This document shows, piece by piece, positions 18,105 through 30,100 of a DNA stretch of 64,000 nucleotides (its first letter is position 1; every line of letters begins with the position of its first letter). A model generated the notes under the pieces. It saw only the letters and a program-made list of their open reading frames with translations, ran no database searches and was not told where the DNA came from. The stretch comes from Anaeroplasma bactoclasticum. Its GTDB lineage: Bacteria > Bacillota_I > Bacilli_A > ML615J-28 > CAG-313. The stretch spans positions 65,317 to 129,316 of the forward strand of contig JAMPAL010000001.1 in NCBI GenBank assembly GCA_023667245.1, given 5' to 3'. A program made the position numbers and the translations under genes.

Positions 18105-21100
18105 TTAAAGTGCATTGGCTCTTGCAATGATACTTGCAAATTGTTGTACTTTTGCATCAGTCCAATAAGATTCATTATATACATATGTTCCATTCATATA
18201 TAAATCATATTCATCTTGGAACGCCGCATCTAATAATCCAGATGCTTCAAGTTGTTGTTGTACTGTAGTATTTTCTTCAATAATATTGAAAACAATACAC
18301 ATAACAGCCGTTCTTACAGCAACGCATTCATTAATTGTTGCAAAGAATTCTTTCAACTGTGCTTCATCTTGACAAGCATACACATCATTATAATCAAATG
18401 TTGAACCAGATGAAGTTTCAAATGCCATCATTTGATCTAATAAATCCATGATTTGATATGCCTCATCGTTCCAATCTCTATTGTCTGTTGTATCAATACT
18501 TACCTTTGCATTATTAGGAAGATTAAAGAAACCTCTATCATAGAAACGTGTTAACCAAAGTTGTGGTTTAGATATTACAGCATATAAACCATCTTCTTTG
18601 TGTTCTCTTGTTCCAAACATCAAAAGCATAATGGCTTTGGCGTCTTGGAGAGTAATTTCTTTACTTGTACCATACTCTACTTCTTGTAATTTGCTATAGG
18701 CTTCAAATAACTTCTCAAATTCACTAGCCCACTTATCAGGAGTAAATCCTGGGTCAGTGAAATCAACAATATCACGATAATCTTCATTACCAAGCATTGG
18801 TTCTACCTTATCCATATAGAATTGTGGTAAGAATTGTTGTCCAACAAGAGACTTGCTCATTGTGTCAACTACTTTTACAAATTGTGATTGAATCGCTTTG
18901 TCTTCTAATGCACTTGAAGATACGTTATTGATATCCATTAACTTACTTAAAGATACAAGTTCTTTTAAAGCATCCATGAATACAACTTGTTCAACTGCCC
19001 AATCTTGAACCGCATCAAAATCAAATGTATATGCTTTTAATGCATCAACGCGTTTTACAACTGCATTGAGTAATCTTGTTTCTAAGCCTTTTGTATACTC
19101 TAGTGCAAAGAACTCTTCTGCAAGTGTTAGGATTGGATCTAAATTATTATAATCTAATCCACCTTCAAAATAGCCTAGGTCAACTACTGCTTTTAAGATA
19201 TCGGAAATGTGAGCATAGTCACTCATTAATTTTTCATCTGTGTAAGATGTTTGATATAAACGATTAATATATTGATTGAATCGATTGCCAAATAATTTTT
19301 GAGCTAATTTCTCAGCAAATTGTCTTGCTACTAGAGGAAGAATAATTGATTGCTCCATATGTGGAGTAGCGTTAGCTACTGCATCTAAGAATGCATTATT
19401 CTTCATTGTAGATTTGTCATGAATATCAATCGTTGGTAATACACTTTCTACTTCACGAAGAGCACTAGCCAATCCTTGATATTCCATCTCCCAGTTTACA
19501 CCAGAGAAATCAACATCACGAATATCTACACCTACTACATAGCAAGCGTATTGCATCAATTGGTCTAAGTATGGTGCAAAACTTGTACTATGAACTGCTA
19601 TATCAGCAAAATCAATAATACCTTGAGCATTCTTATAATCAATTGTCTTCTTGAATAGTCCAAGAGCATTGGCTTTTTCTACAATGTTAAATACATCTGG
19701 TAAGAATGTATTGACAAATGTCTTACTATCCATATGTTCTAAAATTGTGATTTCAACGATATCCTTTGTGAAGATACGTACAATACCATCTGCAATTGGT
19801 GTTGCAATTTGTTCAAGTACTTTTGATTCAAATGCTTGATTTACTAAAGCAGTCACTTCATTTTGGAATGCTTGATCACCAAATAATTCATATTTGTCTG
19901 TCTTCAATTGATCACCATAACGTTCAACCAAATCAAGAGCTTTCATCATTGCGCGATAAATTGCTTTTAATTCTGCTTTTAGACTACCTTCTGGATATAC
20001 CAAATCCACTTTACCAAGTACATACATATTCTTCTTTAATTTATTGATTGGTGTCATTGTTTTATCTGATAAATCAAATACATTTGTGAACACACCAAAC
20101 AAACGATCTGTATTTTCTGGATGTGTGAAATCAATTCCATCATTACTGAAAGCACCCATATCAAGTAAGGCATCTAATACAACACCAAATTCTTGACAAA
20201 GTGGTTCAATTGAATTTTCATCAATACCTAATCGATGAGCAAGATTTGCATTTTCAAGTTTAGGTAATACATATTTTTCATATCCCCAGCTAGAAATTGC
20301 TTTGAACACATTTGTGTCTAATGCACCATGATATAATGCAACAACTGCGCTCATTAATTCTGTGTTACCTAGATGTTGAAGTTTAACTTTAAGTAATCCT
20401 GTTTTTGCAACAATCATTAAGATCTCTTTTGCATATGCAGAAAGGATCTTACCATCATTCGCTAAATCAACACCTGTTAAATCAAGATCACTCATATCTA
20501 TTTCACCAACAAAGGTGTTAGCAAAATGAACAAGTTCTTGTTTCTTTTGATCTACAAAGTTTAGAGCAAAGACTTCTTCAATGATAGTTTGTGCAGGGAT
20601 TATGCACTCATCTTTGGTCACATTGTCTTTAATACTTCCAGGAACAGCATCCATTTGAGCTATTGCTCTTGTAATACGTGCAACACGTGCCATATCTTCG
20701 TCTAAATCAGCAATTGTGTATTCATCCAAATTACCTAGTTCACCAAGTGATACAGGTAAGCGATGATATACATATCTATTGTATAGAGGTTTAAATAATT
20801 GATTAAAGGCATCAGATAAATCTAATGTTTCCATTACTACTGCTAAACTATCTGTGTCAGCAAGTCTAGCCATAGCTTTCATTTCAGATTGAATATTGGC
20901 TCTATTGAGAGATTTAATATACGCGTATACTTCTTTTACTGTATTCCAACCACATGATTCAAATACTTCAATACCTTCTGTAATTAGTGTACGTAAGTAA
21001 GCAAACTCATTTTCCCAATTTATGCCACTTAAATCAATCTCATTGGTGATTACACCCAATGTTTCTAGTGCTTCTAAAAGAACTTCACTTCTATTAGCTA

Positions 21101-24100
21101 AGCAATGTAATGCTTCAAGATTATCTACTATGCTATTTAAAGCTTCTGTTCTTGTAATCTCTGCTGTTTGAGCATCTAATGTTGATATTATTTTACCCGT
21201 AAATGGAATATCTTTATTCTTCACAGCGTCAATAATACCAAAATCAACAAGAGTTCTAACTAGTGTTGCAGAAAGAAGAGCATCTTCTTTTACTTGAGCA
21301 AAAGTAAGTCCATCAAATGATACTGCAGCAACTACACCACGATATTTTTCAGGAACTTTTGTTTCTACAAACTCTTTTAATTCAGGAAGTAGCAATTGAT
21401 AAGTTGTTGTTTGAACAAGTTTATCATAAGCATCCACAAAATTATATCGATATAGGTTTGTACCACTTAACATATCTTTAGTGATATTGAATCCACTATT
21501 CATAAAGACACGAATATCTTTATATGTAGAGAATGGATTGTATTTGCTTGTTAAATAAGGAACTAAATCTTTGTACATTTGTGCAAATAAACACATATCA
21601 CTAGCAAAGTCAAATTCACTTGAGTGTAATGCTTGAATACTGAATGGTAAAATAGAACGTCTATCTACAAAGTTAATGATTTGATCCATATGATACTTGA
21701 AGTAATTCATATCTGCTAAACTTGACAAAATAGTCTCAACTGCATCTACATTTGCATAATCAATATTTTGATTATTTAAAATAGATACAACATCTAACTG
21801 ATGAAGTGCTTTGACTAATGCTGTAGCAAGAGTTAAATCTTCCATAAATTCTTCATTTGTATACATACTTAAATCACTTGCATGACCTAAAGTTAATGAG
21901 TATTGTTCAATAAATGGTGTAACGATATTATTCATCATCGCTAATCCATTTTCTTGTACAAGTGTCATACGAGATAATGCACTCATTATATTTTCCATCA
22001 TTACCCAATTTGCTTCTTGACTTAAGAAGGCTTTCATACCTGCTTTATTCATCAATTGCTGAATATAGGCTTTTGCGTCTTCTATATTGTTGATATTTTC
22101 TCTAGCAAACAAATCATATAACTCATTCATTACTAGTTTCATATCATCTTTATCTAACTCAAATACAGTTGTTTCAAACTTGAATGCATCTTCTGCAATT
22201 TCAAATCCAGCAATCTTCTTACCATTGATAAAGTCTTTAGCAATTAATGTAAGTACAGCTTCCATATGTCCATTTAACATATCTAGTGCAACCACATCAT
22301 CAAATATACGCATTACCATATCACGCATTTGTTCTGTAAAGTATGCTTTATTTTCAATAGTTGTAGTTAAATCCATTTCTTTCATAGCAAAGACAATATC
22401 TTCTAAATATGGAATATCATGCTCTACAACATCTAAAGTCAAGTGTTCTAAGTCAAGTGCTTCATAATATTGAGGTGCGAACTTTTTCATAAGAGGAAGG
22501 GATACTAATAAAATAGCAGGCCCAGTCTTTTCATAAATCGTCGTATCCATATAAGTTAAGATGAAGTCTAATGTATTTTCATAGAAACTTGCTTGTCCGA
22601 GTAATTGCATGTTGAAGTTTTTATTCTTCACATCAGCATTGCTATTGATTGTCCAATATTTATTTTGTGTAATGTTATAGAAATAACTATACATTTCAAT
22701 TATCTTAGGTGCATCTGCTTTTAAGTTTACACCATCAGCAGTAATATCACTTAAGTCTTGTGAAACTAATCCATCTACAGCTTTGATTACAGCATCAAGT
22801 CTACCATCATTATTGAAGTAATATAAACCAAATAAATGATTTACTACTGTTTCAACTACATCAGCACGATCAAATGGATATGGTGCATCTTCTTTTACAA
22901 TCTTGTATAAATCTAATGTACGAATCGATTCAATTGTTGTGGCAAATGCACTTAAATCGGCTGTAAATTCTTGTGGATGATTGTAAATTTGGTGAATACC
23001 AATTAAATCAAATAATTTATTATCCTCTTTTACATATTTTTCCGAAACAGGGAAAGCAATTGCTTCTACTAATTCGGATTCGCTACATAACTTAGCTAAA
23101 TCAATCATTGCATCTAAATATGTATCTGTTTGTTCGTTTACTTTCCACAATTCTTGGACAAATTCTTTAGTGAATAATGCTTTGATTTGAGAAAGTGTAT
23201 TGGCTTGTTTAGCGTTGAAAACGCGATATGCAATACGAACAACTTCATTTACTTCAGACCAAGTTTGCTTATAGTCAATTGTACTCAAAGCCATTGAAGT
23301 TGTGTTAATACCTAATTTATCAAATAATGCAGTTAATAGATTTTGTTCATTATGACTCATGCAATTTAATGCTTGCATCTTATCGATTGCAGCATTGATA
23401 ACATCTGCTGTAGATACATCAATTGCACCACCAAATAGCATAAACTCAAGCATTCCATAATCCAATAATTCACGACTCATAGATGCAAGAGTATGTACGT
23501 CTGCTACTAACTCTTCTTTTGTTGCATCAATGAATAAATATTCCATTGCAAATCCTTTTTGACCAGTAAACTTAGCCATATGCATTGCGAATGTTGGTAA
23601 TAATACTTGAAGTGTTTTTACCTCAACTGCTTGATCAATACCATTGACAAAGGCGTTTGCTACATTACGATTCAATGTAGCTTCATCTTTATAGTTCTTA
23701 TTCTTGAAGATACCTAAAATATCTTTTACTGTTAAGACATTAGATGCAACATAAGCGGCTTTAAATTCTTCTAATGCTTGAACAAGTTGTGGAACCTCAT
23801 CTTTGAATACAATACCTTCAAATAAACTTGCTTCTACTCTATCACTTGATTTTAATGCTTCTAATGTTTTGTTTGTTGCAAGTGTTGCTATATCTGCCCA
23901 CTTCTTATTCAAAATATGAAGTTCACTCACTGCTTTGACAATTTCTTCATAATCATTGAAATGAAGTGACATTTCTTCAAATTGAATTGCTTTAAGACAT
24001 ACATCAACCAATTCTGCACGAATGATTGGAACAATAGCATTGGATAATTGTTTTAAATCACTTGATAATTCTTCTTTTGTGAATGCATCTTTTAAGAAGG

Positions 24101-27100
24101 TTACATCTATTCCTTTTACTTGATCTAATCCATAATTGAAGAATACAGGAAGCATCACTTCTACTACTTTAGAATCAGCAATTTCTGATACAAATGTAGC
24201 TAAGTCATACCCCATTGACACATCATAGCATTCTGCTTTTGCATATGTCTTGTCATTGAAGAAAGCAACTACATCCGCAATCGTACTTAATCCCTTTTCA
24301 TCCATCATAGCTTTGAAGGCCACAACAGCTTTTTGGAATGTCTCAATTTCAGTTTCAAATACAACTTGATTAAAGTCCTCTAGTGTTACTTTAGCATCTA
24401 ATTTTGCAAGACTATATACTTTATTTACACCTAATACTAATAAATCTTTATAGAATAGATTAGCTACATTCAACTGACCTACTTGATCTAAAATAGCATT
24501 AATGATAGATGCATCTAAATCTTTACCTTCTTGTTTGAAATAATAATCACTAATACCTAATTCATATACAAGTGGTAAAATCGTTGCCATTGTCTTTAAG
24601 TCTTCTACTTGAAGTGCGCCATTATAACGATCATTTTGTAAGAAAGCTAAATCTAAATTCTTGCTTGCAGCATATACTACTGCATAGTCAATTGCACTAG
24701 GAAGAACGATTTCTGCCAATTGAAGATGAGCTACCGCATCTAAAATATTTGCTGCTGCATTTACAGAAGCTTCAGTATAGAAACCATTTGCATTATAATC
24801 TTTACGTTTCATCATTTCTGTTAAGTCTTTTAATGAAGTATATTCAAGACTATCCATTAATAAACCTATACTTCTTACGACTTCAGCCAATTGTTTAAAC
24901 TCAAGTGCATAATCTACTGTTTCTAAATCTTGAGATGTAATATCAATTACAATGTCTTTGATAGCTAAATCTAGTGTTTCAACTACTGTAGATAATAATT
25001 CTACAATATGTTTTTGAATCATATGGAAATCATATAATCCATCCACCATTTCAGCTATTTTTTCAACATTTAAGTTTTGAATATCTTTTGTAGTGATGTA
25101 TTCTAATGCGCCTACTGTTACCGCATCTTTTAAATATGCAACTAATAATTTCGCGTCTTCTACCAATTCTACTTGATTCAAATCTTCTAATACAAATGAA
25201 TATTGAATATGTTTTTCATCTAAATAAGTAATGATATGTGTTGTAGCAGTAGGTAATAAGACTTGTACAGTTTGTACATCTAGTAATACATCTAATGCTT
25301 CTAATAATGGATTTACTACTGCCTCATTTGCATATTTAGCATCTTTATAGTAACCCTCTCTAACAATATCAATTACATTCTTTACAGTAGAAAGATTTGC
25401 AGCAATACAAGTTTGATCCAAGTTTTCTAATGCTTGAACAAGTTGTAAAGCTTCATCTTTGAATACAATACCTTCAAATAAACTTGCTTCTACTCTATCA
25501 CTTGATTTTAATGCTTCTAATGTTTTGTTTGTTGCAAGTGTTGCTATATCCGCCCACTTCTTATTCAAAATATGAAGTTCACTTACTACTGTGATGATTT
25601 CTTCATAATCGTTGAAATGTAACATCGTATCTTCAATCTTTGTACCAAACATAACATCAATCATTTCAGCTCTATCCATTGGTGCTACTGCTAACAATAT
25701 TTGTCTTGCATCTTGTACCAATTCCTCTTTTGTAAATGCGTCTTTTAAGAAGGCTACATCTACTCCTTTTACTTGATCTAATCCATAATTGAACACATCT
25801 GGTAATAAGAAAGCAACTGTTTCTAAATCTAATGTTTCACGTGCTAAATCCACTAATGCATCTAGAGTTGCCCCTTTATAGAATGCTCTATATTGATAAT
25901 CTTTGTTATTGATAATCTTCATTACATCTTTCAAAGATGTATATTCTAAGCTATTCATTAATGGACGAATAGCTAAAATAGCTTCTGCAAGTGACGTAAA
26001 TTCATTTTGATATTGAATAGTTTCAAAATCTGCTAATGTCACATTGAATGAAATAACTACTTTCTTTGTTGCTATTTTGAACAATTCATTCATCAAGTTT
26101 GGTGCATGTTTTTGAATCATATGGAAGTCATATAATCCATCCACCATTTCAGCTATTTTTTCAACATTTAAGTTTTGAATATCTTTTGTAGTGATGTATT
26201 CTAATGCGCCTACTGTTACCGCATCTTTTAAATATGCAACTAATAATTTCGCGTCTTCTACCAATTCTACTTGATTCAAATCTTCTAATATGAATGCAAA
26301 ATCTTTTGTTGCTTCATTTTTAGTCAATTGATCGTGCCCCACATTAGCAACCGTTGGTAATACAACTTGTAAAGTTTGTGTATCAAGTAAGGCATCTAAC
26401 GCATCTAGTAATGGATTTACTACAGCTTCAGTTGCATATTTAACATCTTTATATGCCTTGTATTGCATGATATCAATTACATCTTGTACTTTTACGATTG
26501 ACGCATTTTCAAATGATTGTTGTAATGATTGAATCGCTTGAACAAGACTAGCTACTTCATCTTTAAAGGCAATACCTTCAAATAGATTTGTTTCTACCCG
26601 ATCCTCTACCTTTATTGCCTCTAATACTTGGTTTGTTGCAAACGTTGCAATGTCTGCCCATTTGTAATTTAAAAGATTTAAATTACCTAAAACAGGAACC
26701 ATTTCTGAGTAAATATCCATATGAAGTGGTAATTCTTTTACATCTAATCCAAATACTAATTTGATAAGCTCAGCTTGAATAGCAGGAACAATTAACTTCG
26801 CTACAGTACGAATATCTTCTACCCATTCTTCTTTTGTTAGTGCACCTTTTAAGAAAGATAAATCCACTTTTTTGACTTGAGTTGCTACCAAATCAATCAT
26901 ATCTACAAGTACCAATTGAAGAATTTGAGAATCTACTACTTCTACTAAAATATCAGAAAGAATTTCACCAGTTTCCACATCATAGAATGCTTCTTTCTTA
27001 TATGTATCTCCGCTTATGAATGCTTGAATATCTGTTATAGAACGTAAATCTTGTTTGTCTAATACTCTTTGTGCATTTCTAATGATTTGTGCAAGAAGGG

Positions 27101-30100
27101 TAAATTCTTGTTTTACATCAATTGTCTTCACTTGTGAATCAGTTACAAATAGAGTATCGTTCCACTTATCATTGATTAATTTCAATCCATAGTTGATAGC
27201 ATTAAACAATAATTCGCTTTCATTTGCTTGTACAACATTTAAATCATACATATGCTCAACAATATCAGCAACCTTATTTAAGTCAACCATTTGAATATTC
27301 TTTGTTCTTAAGTATTCTATAGCACCAAATGTGATTGCTTCATCGAGAATATTCGCTAATGTGCCTAGATCTTCAATCAATGCTTCTTTAGAAACTTGAG
27401 CTAAATAATCAATAGAGAACGGAACTTGACCTGAACGATTAGCTAAATTAATCAAATATTTAAAGCCTTTTTCAATGATGTTACCTAGCAATTGTGATTC
27501 TTGTAAGGTTCTTAGTGCATCTGTAGCAATATAACCTACTTCATCAGTCAATACGGTTGGATAAGTATACCACTTATCTTTAAAGAAGTTTACTGCAGCA
27601 TACATCGTTTGAACATTTGCTGTTTCAAAGAAATCGTATCCTAATGCAAGGAGTTCTTTGATAACTTCTTTTTCACTTGCCCAGTTAATATTTCTAAAAT
27701 CAAAATCAGCTTTGCTTAGTTCAAATACTTGATCTTGTGCATAGAGCTCAATCAATTTATCATAAACTGCTTCTGCTAAACGACCATTTGCACATTGTAC
27801 TAAATTTAATTCATATAAATCATCAACAACTGAAAGAACTACAGATTCATTAGGTAAAGGCATTTCGCCTTTTTCTCTATCAAGATAGTAATCTACAATA
27901 GATAAATCTTCTACTAATTTGTGAGCAATTGTCACTAAACTATGGAAATCATCTACCAATTGTTCATTTGTAAGTTCATAGATATAATCCAATTGAATAC
28001 CTTTTTCACCAAGGAATTTTACACCATATTTGATACCTAGTGGAATAATTGCATCAATCACTTCTACATCTGCAATTTTATCAATGATATTCAATATACT
28101 TGTGGCATTGGCATCTGTTACATATGTGTCATATTCATGATTACCTTTAAGAATACCTTGAATAATTTCGATTGCGGCATTTACATCAGCAACTTGATTT
28201 TCTTTAAATAAAGCAACAATATCTGTAATGATATTCTTGTATACCGCTTTTTGTCCTTGCCAATCTACATTAGAGAAGTCTTCATTGATGGCACCAAGTT
28301 CAATCTTCAGTAATGATGCAATATAATTTACACCCCAAGATAATGTTGCTTCTTCATGACCACGGAATAACTCCATATCATGTAATGCATCAATAATATT
28401 GCAAAGGGCATCACTCAATTGATCATTGATAGCGATATTGCCTTCTTTGGTCAAGAATGTTTGTGCATCCACAGAAACAAGTTGATCTAATACATATACC
28501 AAGCAACGTAAATCATGTGCAAGCGTTTGTCCACTTGCATTGGTTACATCTAGTTCTTCTACAATGCTCTTGAAATCTTCTGGAATGATATTTTTAGCTT
28601 CTACATAAGTATCATAAATAGTAGGAAGTAAAACTTCAATTAATTTAGAACCACTTACATTTGTGTCCTCATAAGTACCAAATAATACTTTTACACCATT
28701 GACTAAAGCTTGTGCATTTTCATTTTCTGCCCAGAAATTTAAATCAAGAATCAATTGATTTTGCTCATTAAATAGGGTGAATGATTCATCTTGTAATACA
28801 TTACTAATTTCATCAATGAAAGATAATAGAATATCTTTTTCACCTGTATAATCTAACTCAATTAATTGGTTGTATACATCTCCATCTTTTTCAATGTCTA
28901 AAAGACCAGAAACTTTTAACAATACACGAATGATTCTACCTTCAAAACCTTGGATGATTTTAGAATCAAAGATACCCGAAACAATGGTCTTCATTGCATC
29001 TACTTGTTCTAATGCAAGAGCATGTAATCCATCATCTTTGATGTCCAATACATTTAAATCAACAGCGGCTTTTACAACATCAACCAATTTGATCACTTCA
29101 TTGACCAATTCTTCCGAAGAAATATGATCTAAAATATCTTTAATCAAAGCGCTATCATCTATTGTTTCTAATTTTTCAATTTGTGGTACCAAATATTTAT
29201 CTAAAACATTTGGTAATACAGTTAATACCAATTGAGATTCAACAATGTTTTCAAGTGCTTCTACTACATAATCTAAGAATGTATCATTTTCTAACAATTG
29301 TTCTATATTCTCAGTCAAACTAGAAAGATTATAAATATCAAATCCTTCTACATCAATCAATTTTGCATACGTATCAATCAAACTTAAAATAACAATAGTT
29401 TCATTGTTCCAATCTACATTTTGGAAAGCATCTTCTTCTAAAACTTCAATCCAACCAAATTGTCTCATAGAAGCAAGAACAAGCTTATTCTTTAATTGAT
29501 TGTCACCAAGAATATGTAATCCTAATGCTTTTTCTACAATCAATTTTAAATTAGCAATAGCTTGATCACTTGTAAGATCTAAGTTTTGATATACAAAAGG
29601 ATTTAAATTGTCTAATACTTTGATTTCATTGGCAGCCTTAGCAATATCCAAAATATCTTTTAAATCTTCTTTCCATTCTTCACTTGACATACCATTTACA
29701 TCTACAATGTCACCAAACTCATTTGCTTTTTGATCAATAAATTCATCTAAGAACTTTTGCATTGTAGGTGTACCTGCAAGTTTATACAATTGCAAATCAA
29801 CCAATTGACTAGCGAATGTATTCGCAGATTCAAATTTATCTGTATTTTCTAAAATATCTTGAACAATATCTACCCAATTTTTAGTTTGGAATTCTTCAAC
29901 AGATTCAAAACCAAAAGTAAGGAATGTTTCATATAGACTCACTAATTGGCCTAATTCTTTATCCCATACTACTTGACTGAAATCGACATTGTCTAAAGCA
30001 TGTTTAGTCATATCTTGAACTTTTTCTATCGAAACTCCAACCGTTACAGCAATATTGATAATTTCATTCATCCTTTGAGATGAAAATAATTTGTTGACCA

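Noticed and set aside
23797-26290. Could the near-identical direct repeats be a CRISPR array, IS ends or another non-coding repeat element?
   Set aside because: There are only two near-identical copies of each element. They are 131-185 nt long, spaced 1.1-1.7 kb apart and in frame, and they encode repeated protein segments within one ORF. I see no short regular repeat-spacer structure and no cas or transposase genes.
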